A stretch of 64,000 nucleotides of DNA from Selaginella moellendorffii (Eukaryota; Plantae; Lycopodiophyta), in assembly GCF_000143415.4 (NCBI RefSeq), contig NW_003314426.1, positions 1-64,000 on the forward strand, written 5' to 3'. Shown here one piece after another: positions 1-10,749 of this stretch. Both the position numbers and the translations under genes were made by a program. Below the pieces are notes generated by a model that did no database searches, was not told the origin of the DNA, and was given only the letters and a program-made list of their open reading frames with translations. How positions within the stretch are numbered: position 1 is the stretch's first letter; every line of letters begins with the position of its first letter.

Positions 1-1365
1 TAACATAAAGATATTCCACCAGCTAATATAGTACAAAGTTTGGGTTTAAACTTAAGCCAAACATACCTAATAAGAAGTTAGATAATGTTTCAAGTTGGTC
101 AACCACGCCAAACTTACCCACTATCCCTACTATATATTTAGAATCGTTTTAGCCATATTTCCTAATTTTTTTGTCAACATATAAATAATACTTATTCAAT
201 TTCTCATGTTATTCCTCATCCATGGCAAGTCTCTGAAGCTTATATTGCTACTAGTTCTAATGGATAACAACAATAGACATATGCTACTATTGATGACTCA
301 TCTTCTCCTATTTTATTTTTAACTAAGGATTTTCAACACAATCATACTCATATTACTGGTGCTTTATTAACTATTAGTTGTTTTTTACTCTTATTATTAA
401 TTCTGATGCCACATAACATATGGTTGAGCACTTTGAATTCCTTTATATCTATCAAATTATTGTTTGTATGGGTATATTACCACCTTTTGATATGATCCTC
501 TTTTACTTTGCATGGTTATCTTTTAGCATATGCTTCAAGATAAAATCGTCTTTATCTTCTAGCATATACTTAAGACAAAATCATCTTTATATCTGTAGCA
601 TATATGACTTTCACCTTTTAATTACTATAGGATAGCAATAGAACAGACCTAACTTTTGAGATATGTGTGCTAAGGGCAACACCTAAGTTTTAGGACCTTA
701 GGCCACTAAACAAAATGATAGAATCAAACTCCTAAGCATATGCCTAATGAACAAAGAAATAAAAGTATGGAATAACTCTTGAATATGCAACTAAGGAGCG
801 ATGAAACAGGAGCACAAAACAACACTAAAATAGTCTTAAAACTTTTAGCATCCCAACATTAAAACAAAGATGTAAAACAAAGCTAAAGCATTATTTCAAC
901 ATATTAATGGTCTAGCGCAAGGATATAAATACTCCACTAGCTAACATGGTATGGATTTTAAGCTTAGACCTAAGCCAAATGTAAAATAAAGATAGACACA
1001 CCTAATAGGAAGCTAGCCCCCCCTCCCCATCCCCCAAGAATATTAGAATTAAATCTTGATAAAAATGAATTATAGAAAAGTTTAACAGCAAGAAATTATA
1101 ACCTTTAGAATGAGGAATATTTTATTATATATTAAATATTTTAGGTATATGCTTTACACTATAATTTCTAAAGTAAACTAAAAATGCTATGCATACTATT
1201 GTTGCTCTATTAGTTACTCTACAACAAGATTATAAAACAAATTTTGCACTAGCCATTGTGTAATCTTTTGAAGTTCATCATTTCCAAGGGATCCAAGTGA
1301 TTAACTATAATTGAAAAATAATATATCAGAGACATATTTTCTTATAATTTATTTATAATTTAGAG

Positions 1366-1540
1366 TGTGAGTGCTTGGAATATGGAAAGGGAATACAGAA
1401 ATGTGCATATCAATTAGCCCAAAAACCCTAGCTTATATATAGGAGCGAGTGGTCCAGATTGAAATCAATCCGATGGCTACCAAAATCCCACTATGCTAAT
1501 ATTAGTATACGGCATCATAACCGTATACTTGGCCCTCACA
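1366..1540 (-). repeat. 3' LTR of gypsy element
   Basis: TGTGAG...CTCACA; direct repeat of 6186-6360; preceded on the minus strand by PPT GAGAGGAGGGGATGA. Confidence 0.96.
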
Positions 1541-1686
1541 TCATCCCCTCCTCTCGGGATAATGGAAGACCATCAGGGTTCTCTTGAAGATGGGCCGGGA
1601 TCCAGAGGAACATCAGGAGGAGGCATCGGTGGATCTGTATGTGGTATTAACTCCTCCTGATCCCTTTGTACGAAGCGTTTCAACCG

Positions 1687-2838
1687 CTACACATGCACAA
1701 TCTCTGGAGGATCGACCTGCTGAATGTCATGCCAAACCTCATAAACTTGTGGTCCAGCTTGCCGCAACACTCGATACAGTCCTTTCCATTGCGCAAAAAG
1801 CCCCTTAGATAAACTACGTACCGTAAGATGGGGAAAACAGACTAACACCAAATCATCCACTTTGTACTTCGCAGGTGGACGATGATGGGAGTTGTAGCGC
1901 CATTGTTGTCCCACTTGTACGCGGCCTAAGTGTTCGGCAGACTCTGCTCGGACAAGTGGAAGAATGCTCGTCAAATACTAATCTCATGATCTAGCATCGG
2001 CAGTTCGTGGCAATCGCGAAGGTAAACCCAGCTCCGTTGGTAATATTGGATCATGACCATATAGGAGTTTATATGGTGAAGCACCAACAGAACTCTGCAC
2101 CTCTGTAACATATGCATACCGAAGAGACAGCAAATAACCATCCCAATCCAAATGCTGAAAGTTGACATACTTCGCAATCATCCCTTTGAATGTCCGAATA
2201 AGCCGTTCCACCAGACCGTCTGATTGTGGATGATAAGCACTTGTGAAAGTGTGGCATATCCCCAATCGAGACATCAAAACATGAAATGCCTCAGCCATAA
2301 ATGTGGGACCATTATCCAAAAGAATCCGCTCTGGACAAGAATGCTGGAACACCACTCGATTGAGGAGGAAGTATCCAACAGCAGTTGCAGAGGCACTAGC
2401 AAGAGCACCAACTTCCACCCAACGAGTCAAGTAGTCAGAAGCAATAATAACATACTCATTGCCAACAGTCGACCGTGGAAAAGGTCCCATAAGATCAAAC
2501 GCCACTAACTCAAATGGACAGGAAACCGCAATTGACTCCAACTGTCCTTCTGCAACACGAGGGGGAGTATTACGAGCTTGGCACCAAACGCAGTTACGCA
2601 CATACCGGATAATATCACATCGCATCTCCGGCCAATAGAAAGACCTACGCAGCTTCTTGGTGACACGACAGTGTCCCATATGCCCACCAAGAACAGGAGA
2701 ATCATGGTAGGCATGGAGAAACCGCGGAATAAACACCAAAGGCACCACCAGCCGTAAATGATCATCAGGATCCGTCCCCACAAAATAAAGAAGGCCATTT
2801 TCAAGACGATATTGAGAATGTAAATGCCGGAAAGGCAA
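1687..2838 (-). pseudogene. Integrase (HHCC, DDE core, GPY/F-like C-terminus), frameshifted
   Basis: ORF 1984-2838: HDSPVLGGHMG...CVWC, FDLMGP, LLDNGPTF, YHPQSDGLVER. ORF 1687-1974: YKVDDLVLV...WKGLYRV. Confidence 0.93.
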
Positions 2839-2883
2839 GTCATTAGCAAGTGATGCAGGATTCTTAAACCCATCTTGAAGCCT

Positions 2884-4890
2884 TCAAATCCACGGCTCAA
2901 TCTTTTGAGCCTCGCGAACCTCATCAAGAGATGGTAGATCTTGCTCTGTGCCTTGTGGACACTGAACGTCAAGGACAGCAACCACCGACGGCACAGAATC
3001 CTCATCTAGAAAATCCACAGATGCTGGAACAACAGGTTCGTCAGAAACATGAGAAGTGAGTGGAGAAGGAAGAGGAGCTCGAGAAAGGGCATCAGCATCA
3101 ACCATAGAACTCCCTAAGCGATGAACAACATCGAAATCATATATCTAAAGCTTCAAAGCCCATCGAGCCATACGACCAACCAGGTTCTTCCGCTTCAATA
3201 ATGAAGTAATAGCAGCATGGTCACCTTCAAGTAACGTCCGAGAACCATGTAGATATGCATGAAATTTCTGGAAACCCCAGATTGCTGCTAAACACTCCTT
3301 CTTTGTCGTGGAGTAGTTCATCTCCGCTGGTTGTAATGTATGGCTTATGTATGCAATGGGATGGCACTGACCAGGCACACTCGAGCTCTCTTGCATCAAC
3401 ACACCTCCAAGACCAATGTCAGAAGCATCCACAGGCAAAATAAAAGGTTGAGTGTAGTCAGGATACGCCAAAACCGGAGGAGTCGTCAATAGCTCTTTGA
3501 GATCCACGAACGCCCGCTCACAATCCAGAGACCAGATGAAAGATGACGTTGATGACTTCAGCAACGCTCGCAATGGTGTAGTGCAATCGGAAAGATGATC
3601 CACAAAACGACCAAGATACTGCACCTTACCCAAAAAGCGCTGCACATCATTCACACACTTCGGAGTAGGGAACTCTAGAACAGCCATAAGTTTGTTAAGA
3701 TCAACTTGCAAACCCTCACGAGAAATACGGTACCCAAGATAAGTTGTCTTTGGACCCAAACACGCACTTTAACCGCTTCAGCTTTAAACCAACGTTCTGT
3801 AGCCGATCCAACACTTTACAACATCACGAATGTGCTCCTCCCACGTCCCCTCCGAGTGGATCAAGACATCATCAATGAAGTCAGTAGTCACCTCTGGCAT
3901 ATTGCAAAGAACCTCGTCCATCATCCGCTGGAAAGTTGCTGGAGCATTGTTCAAATTAAACGGCATCACCAAGAACTCATACAAACCAAATGGTGTACAA
4001 AAAGCAGTCTTAGGAATATCTTCTTCGGCCATCGATACTTGCTAATACCCAGAAGCAAGATCTAGCTTGGTGAACCAACGACTTCGCCCCAGACGATCCA
4101 AGAGATCAGCAGTGTGAGGAAGAGGATACACATCTGGGATCGTCACTTTGTTTAACGGACGATAGTCGATGCAGAAACGAATACTCCCATTAGGCTTCGT
4201 CACAAGATGAGGTTCACATGCCCAAGGACTCTGCGACTTCCGAATAACACCCTTCTCCAGCATTTCCTTGACGTTTGCTCGTAAAATCTTGATCTTCTTA
4301 GGTGACTGACGACGAACAGGAACCTTGATTGGACGAGCATCCCCAGTTGGAATCAGATGACGTGTGGCAATCTTGGCCCCAAACGATAGGTCAAATTCAA
4401 AGAGATCAGAATACTCCTTCATGAGCCAATCAACTGCTGCAACACAAAAATCGTTGGAGGGATCGGAAAAGGGAAAAGTAGAACAAGATGGAAACACAGA
4501 AGGAAAGAGTGGGGGAACAAAAGTAATGGAAGCAGAGGTAGAAGTAAAGGGACGAAGAGGTATGGAAGTGAGAGGAATGGATGAAATATAAAGAAGTATG
4601 AGACAAGGGGGAGAAGCCTTAAAGTCACACTTGGCATGATTGCGCTGCAACCAATCCATACCAAGAATGAGGTCAAAAGCTTGACTCGGCACCACCCGCA
4701 ACGACTGCAACTCAAGCTCGAGATCGCCCACACGCACAACCAGGTCCACCTCATCCCGTGCACATGCATGTGTATGGCTGTTGCCATAAAGAATGAAAAC
4801 TGGTTCCGCCGCACAACGCAAGTGTAAACGACAACGTGTGGTAACAGGTCGAGCAATAAAAGATAAACTCGAACCTGTATCAACCAACAC
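2884..4890 (-). pseudogene. Aspartic protease, reverse transcriptase and RNase H, broken by stops/frameshifts
   Basis: LVDTGSS (PR); FCIDYRPLN, KLDLASGY, KTAF..PFGLYEF..MPF, FIDD (RT); VDASDIGLG, NYSTTKKECLA, ADALSR (RNase H), spread over ORFs 4042-4890, 3784-4032, 3145-3759 and 2884-3105. Confidence 0.93.
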
Positions 4891-5154
4891 AGAGAGAATA
4901 ATAGGAGACCTCTAGTTATAAAAACGAGCTTGGAAAGTAAACACTGGATGAACTGGTGCCGAGTGAACCCCTTGATGATACTCCCAAAAGAAAGATGGAG
5001 GTCACTGATTTATTCGCGCAAGGTCCCTCCGTTACTCGCGCAACTCCTCGTTTTCCGGATGCATCTCGGTGTCCAGACCTTCCACTGCAGCAGCACCCAC
5101 GGGACGTTGCTGACGCCAAGGTCTCCACCCAGGAAATGGAGGTCACCAATCCGG

Positions 5155-5859
5155 AAAACAACGGAACCACCGATAAGTATGACCAACTTCATCACACGCC
5201 TAGCAGCGAACATCACGGCCACGACCACGTCCTCGCGCTTGTCCTTGGACTCGAGCAGCAGTAGCATCAACCTCTATTGGAACAGGACCATCACCCATAA
5301 GAAGTGGAGCGGAAGGACGTGCAGTGAGAAGTGGAAGAGGCGACATCTCATAACGTTGTGCCAAGCGAAGAGCATCGTCAAGGGTGGCATGCACAAGGCC
5401 AACAAGATCTTGACAAAGTGCTGGCCACAACATTCCTAGCTTGATCCGCTCCGACATATTTGGCTCCGCACAAAGCAAAAGACTTCGGAAACGAACGCCA
5501 AATTGGATCACCAACTCAGATGGCCCTTGGCGAAGACGATGCAATTGTTGGAAAGCATCATCACAATCATTGGCATGTCCGAAGGCGCATTTGAAGACGT
5601 CCGAGAGAACACTCCAATCCCCACGAGTGGCTGCACTCAAACCATTATACCACTGCAACGCCGTCCCTTGGAGACACATGGGAAACTCATGCAACCGTCG
5701 AGCATCATCCCAAGAATGATATGTGGCAATCACTGTGAAGTGATCGAACCAATGGTACACATCATCCCCAGGATTCCCGCGAAAGAACTCTGGCCGAACG
5801 CGAAGATTGGCACCAAGAGCAGGAGGAGTTGTACCACGTGCCGTGAACGCCGCCATCAA
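5155..5859 (-). pseudogene. Retrotransposon Gag with degenerate zinc knuckle
   Basis: RPEFFRG...W...F, LQGTALQWY, LRQGPSE. Reading through the stop at 5200 gives C*ACDEVGHTYRWFRC. Confidence 0.88.
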
Positions 5860-6164
5860 CTAAGTTTGGTTGTTCAATTGCAAGCGCATAGCATCAAGCA
5901 ATTGTACCAACTACTGCTCTAGAGTCAAAGGAGGAGATTGTTGATCTGCCATGAAGATGAACAAAAAACAAAGAGCAAAAGAAGAGAAATGATAAAAAGC
6001 TAGAAGGAAATGGTAGATCTACACAACGCAAAAAGCTAGATCTAAACCAAAACCCTGAAAAGAAAGAACAAAAGAAAGGAAATGGAAAAAGCTAGATCTA
6101 GACGGTGCAAAAGCTAGATCTAAACCAAAATCCCAAATCCAAGCACTCATCAGGGATAATCAAA

Positions 6165-6185
6165 GGTACCCCTTAACTCCACCAA
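6165..6185 (-). promoter_or_regulatory. Primer-binding site, tRNA-Ala-like
   Basis: Minus strand just after the 5' LTR reads TGGTGGAGTTAAGGGG; TGGTGGAG complements the CUCCACCA 3' end typical of tRNA-Ala. Confidence 0.65.
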
Positions 6186-6360
6186 TGTGAGTGCTTGGAA
6201 TATGGAAAGGGAATATAGAAATGTGCATATCAATTAGCCCAAAAACCCTAGCTTATATACAAGAGCGAGTGGTCCAGATTGAAATCAATCCGACGGCTAC
6301 CAAAATCCCACTACGCTAATATTAGTATACGGCATCGTAACCGTACACTTGGCCCTCACA
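6186..6360 (-). repeat. 5' LTR of gypsy element
   Basis: Direct repeat of 1366-1540. Confidence 0.96.
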
Positions 6361-6467
6361 AGAGAAAATTTATTTATTATTATTATTATATTGCTAGCTA
6401 TATAATAAATAAATATGTAAGCAACATTCATTTTAAGTTACTGTATACTTCCTTATTTATATTATAT

Positions 6468-9236
6468 TGCCTCAGAGGAACCCCAGCTCCAATGTTTACT
6501 CTCTGAGAGATTCACAATTAAGGTGTATGCAAGATCCTCAACTAGTTGATCCTTATAAAAAGATGATATTAAAAAGCAATAAAAAGAGAGGAAAAAAAGA
6601 AAAACCAATCTGAAAAGAGTGATGTCCCCAGTAGAACATTTTAACTTCCCACCACCCCAACCACGACTCAAGTTGTGGTAGACAACTGACATTAGTATGG
6701 CTATCTTCACGCCACCACATTCAGATCTTGTTTGTTTTTGCCTCGTGCTCTTCTTCAAAAGGTGCAATCTGCCATTGTTTGCACAACTCTTTAAATACTA
6801 ATTAGAAATCTAGCTTGATAAGGTGGCAGTGTTGGTTTAGACTTTGAGCCCAATGGAATTCACAAGTCCTCTTATGACCTTCTAGGGGTTGACCATTCCC
6901 CAAGACTGCCCGGACACCATTCTAATTAGCCCCAGCCCCATCTGCCATGAAACCACGAAAGTTGGCAAGCTTATCAGTTCATTTTAATACAATGTCGAAG
7001 AGGGACTTTCAAAATATTTCCTGAGTCATTTGGTCTTGTACTTTAAACTCTGTTGTTGCAATTGTCAAGTTACAATGTAACCTGTGAAAAGGGCAATACT
7101 TAAAACCATTTTAAGATAATGAGAAAAAAAAATACTTCAGATCATACACATAAGCTCCCATGGTTATCCAACCCACCACCCACTCCATATGGTCAAAATG
7201 TACCCATGCATTAGCAAGGTCACTTGACCTATATATATCCATTTGGGAAACAAGATCCACACCTGTAGTGCACTTTATCTCTCTCCCCTTAAGCCAATTG
7301 TTTGATGAGAAAGCCCTTAGTGGCTATTTTATCCCCCAAGGTTCCAAGGATCCATAGTGACAGTATATCTAAATCTCATCCCATGATCACATGCGCTACA
7401 CTCACCCTCCCCCTTCAGAGATGTCAATATCCTCATTGACTATTGACTAACAACCTCTACTAAGCTAAGGGGAACCAACACCTCCATTTCCGCACTCAAT
7501 CTACAAATCCTTCCATTGTGTAGACCAGCTATTCCATGTGAGGCAACTAATCATTCATCTGTATCGCAGTCCCACGGTGGATACCGTCGTCCATGGATAC
7601 TCCATAGAAGAGGAAGGACGTATGCATGGATGTCCAATACGTACGATTTCAAATTTAGAGGTGGGAATATACCTTGCTCAAGGGTATATTATATTTTTAA
7701 GTAGCCACTAATCAATAGGAATCGAACCCGTGCCATTTGCTTTAATACCAACTGTAGCGCACCTTATCTCTTTCCCCTTAAGCCAACTGGAAAAGGGGCA
7801 ATTGCTTGATAAGAGAGCTCTTAGTGGCTATTTTCTTCCTATTTATTCCCCAAGGTTCCAAGGATCCACAGTGACAATATATCCAAATCTCATCCCATAA
7901 TCACATGCGCTACAACACCAGAGGTAGACATTTTGAAAACAAAGGGGTGCTCTTGCTCACTAACAACTTGATCTGGAAATAAATTCCCATGAATAAACTC
8001 ATAGCGACAAGTCCATTTTAGTTCAAGGATTGAGTTGATTTTTAATTGGAGTTTCCCCTCTCGAGATTCACACATCCAAGATTTTATCCTAAATAAAACA
8101 AAATATAAGAGAGATATTATTGAAAAGTATATAATAATATTTTCATACCTTCTGAGGCTAGTTGCAAGTTGCACATGCCGTAGTAACTCCCACAAGCTAG
8201 TCTCATCCAGTTGAGTATTCTTACAGTCTAGATCAAGTAAAGTGCTTGTGATAAAATCCTTGAGCACTGTCTTTTGAACATGCTTCAGAGTTGCAGATGA
8301 GTTTCTCACAGTCTTTATTTGCATTGCATCTTTGAAACAGTTGACTGAACTCCTTTGTATCTCTTCCTGCATTAGATGTGTGTGCGTGCCAATATATACT
8401 GCAGCTCTACTAGCCTCTCCATCCCGTGGAAGAAAATAGTACATCTTGGCCCCATAGATGGCACAACAAAATAGAGCATTCTTGCAAAATTGATAGTTGA
8501 ATCCAACACTAATGGTGTCATAGATGGGAGGATTGGTTGCAGATCCTTCAAAAAATATGGAGTTTTTACCATGTTCTCGATTGCATGCTTTATTCACACA
8601 ATCCAAATACCCACCACAATGAACTATAGACACTATGCCTTTGAAATGCTGAAAATGTGTGGTCTTGATCTTGCACCAATTGTGAACGTCCTACTTCATC
8701 TCCATCCCCTTTTGTTTTGAGCTGACAAAAGGTGGTAGTTCAAAGAAGATATTGCCATTGTATGTAGATGGGAGCTCACTAACAGGCCTATGCAGAAAGT
8801 AACATATAGAGAGGCGGGAAAACTGAAAAGCATTGCAAACAGCTTTGAATATTGGTGAAGTTTGAGTTTGGAAATTCTTAACTCACACTGGACTAAAATC
8901 TCCATTAGAACTAAAAGAGGAAAAAATAATGACGATCGAATCATGCTTCACATTCACTTTGGCAGGATTGCAGCCTCGCACTTTGATTGAAGATCCAAAA
9001 ACTCGAATCTCCTTCAACTTAGAATGTTGTAAATCTCAATGTTGTCCACCTTCACCTACACCTGAAAGAAGAAACTTTGATTGTTCAACTACACCAATAT
9101 TGTTGCGAATCACAGCCTCCAATGAAATAGAATTGAGAGAAAGATCAAAACGTCGGCAAAGAAAACTTTCTAAAATAAGACTTTGAGAGAAAAAAAACGG
9201 TGGGTGATCTTGGTAATGCAAAAGGAAACTCTCCAT
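6468..9236 (-). pseudogene. MULE-type DDE transposase with N-terminal GCM-like Zn domain, copy 1
   Basis: HCGGYLDCVNKAC...FCKNALFCCAIYGAKMYY...IGTHTH (ORF 7890-8633); WVHFDH; GFMADG; VNLSESKHWSW (ORF 6462-6767). Interrupted by a TRIM and truncated at 6468. Confidence 0.8.
7264..7914 (-). mobile_element. TRIM (non-autonomous miniature LTR retrotransposon) inserted in the transposase
   Basis: LTRs 7264-7400 and 7753-7914 (TGTAG...CTACA). 5-bp TSD ACACC (7259-7263, 7915-7919). PBS TGGTATTAAAGC (decayed tRNA-iMet site) at 7739-7750; PPT at 7401-7416. Absent from copy 2 near 28997. Confidence 0.92.
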
Positions 9237-10034
9237 TTTGTTGCCTTTAGGTTTTGGAACTTTGAACTTTTATAAAGAAATGTCACCTCAAACATGTGCT
9301 ATGCCATTATGTGAAAAGAAAGGGCGATTTTATTCTAGGATCTAACATTGAATAATGTTGTTATAATAAATTCTATATGAAGTATATAGGACTATATTGT
9401 ACAATATTAAAAGTCTGTATATATTGAATTCAAAAACATGCTCAAATTTATTATATGGACTAACTTTTGGTAGAACGGAAAGAAATATCACCTCAAGCAT
9501 ATGCCATAATATGAAAGATATGAATGATTTTATTCTAGGATCTACCATCAACCAACTATTGCCAAACAAATTAAATATTGTACATATTTTCAGTACTTCA
9601 TTAAAGCCAAAAATCATCACATTCCTCTGAACTCATTTAAATATATTCCATCTTTGTACTACCATCTATCACCTATAGTAAATTATTTATATACATTGCT
9701 TTGGAAATAACACCTTATGATTTAATAATCTTATATTTTCTGACAAGATGCTATTACTTGCAAGAAACACATAATTCTCATTCATAATTTCATATTATCA
9801 TCAATTCAACACATGTGTTTGTGACATTATTTCCACATTATGGCATAGTCATATTAAAGCACACATCCATTATTAAATTACAACTCAAAAGGACTTTATC
9901 ACGTGATCAAATCTAGGACAGAATAGAAATTGTACATTGCTAGCAAATATTTGCAGAATGTAATGAGAGTGGGAGATTGGGAGTGACTGTGGGATCCATC
10001 AGTGATGAACAAAATGCCGCCAAGAGTAAGTTTT

Positions 10035-10690
10035 TTACTCCTCCACCCCATGCCATGCCCAGTGCCGCCACTGCCTAGGGCCGCCACTGCCCATCACTGC
10101 CACGCCCAGTGCTGCCACGCCCACGCCATGCCACGCCCAGCGCCGCCACTGCCCAGGGCCACCGCTGCCCAGCACTGCCGCTGCCAAGTGCCCTGAGCCA
10201 GGCATTTGGCCGGGCACTCCGCCTGGGCAGGCCATCGGTACACTAGCAAACCAGCACCCGCACCAAGTGCCTGTGCCAAGTGCCCGGGACAGGCACTCCG
10301 CACGGGGCCGGCAAAGGCACTTGGGGGCAGGCTGGCCAAGGCGCTTGGGGGCGGGCCAGTTCGCTGGTGAACCGGCCCTCCCCCAAGTGCCTTGGCCGGC
10401 CTGCGTCAAGTGCCCGACCTAGGCACTTGGGGGCAGGCCGGCCAAGGCGCTTGGGGGCGGGCCAGTTCGCTGGTGAACCGGCCCTCCCCCAAGTGCCTTG
10501 GCCGGCCCGCGTCAAGTGCCCGACCTAGGCACTTGGACTTGGCGCTGGGGGGAGGGCCAGTTTGCCGGCGAACCAGCCTGCCCGCAAGCGCCTTCGCCAG
10601 CCCGCGCCAAATGCCCAGCCCGGGCACTTGGACTTGGCGCTGGGGGGAGGGCTAGTTCGCCAGCGAACTGGCTCCTACGCCAAGTCCACG
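10035..10690. repeat. GC-rich tandem/palindromic array between the divergent transposon genes
   Basis: 106-bp period (units start 10316, 10422, 10528). Each unit holds a ~30-bp imperfect inverted repeat GGCCAAGGCGCTTGGGGGCGGGCCAGTTCGC...GTGAACCGGCCCTCCCCCAAGTGCCTTGGCC. Preceded by (GCC/CAC)-rich short repeats. Confidence 0.9.
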
Positions 10691-10749
10691 CCCCAAAGTC
10701 ATTGCTTCTTATGCATTTTTAATTTATATTGAGTTTTTTTTATTTTCAG

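Larger units (their letters stand above)
1366..6360 (-). mobile_element. Full-length but decayed Ty3/gypsy LTR retrotransposon (no chromodomain seen)
   Basis: Two 175-bp TG...CA LTRs (1366-1540, 6186-6360; 7 differences, all transitions). 4-bp TSD AGAG (1362-1365, 6361-6364), confirmed by an empty paralogous site near 31914. PPT at 1541-1555, PBS next to 6185. Gag-PR-RT-RH-IN order on the minus strand. Confidence 0.96.

Noticed and set aside
180-660. Possible very old LINE ORF2 relic (also 32590-33120 and 34480-35030)
   Set aside because: Only vague similarity in heavily AT-eroded sequence; no diagnostic endonuclease or RT motif could be read.
7705-7750. tRNA gene suggested by GGTTCGATTCC
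   Set aside because: No A-box or cloverleaf seen; it is part of the TRIM internal region.
10002-10722. Many overlapping ORFs and a CRISPR-like look in the GC array
   Set aside because: The ORFs result from stop-poor GC repeats. The units are tandem with no unique spacers, no cas genes are present, and the context is eukaryotic.
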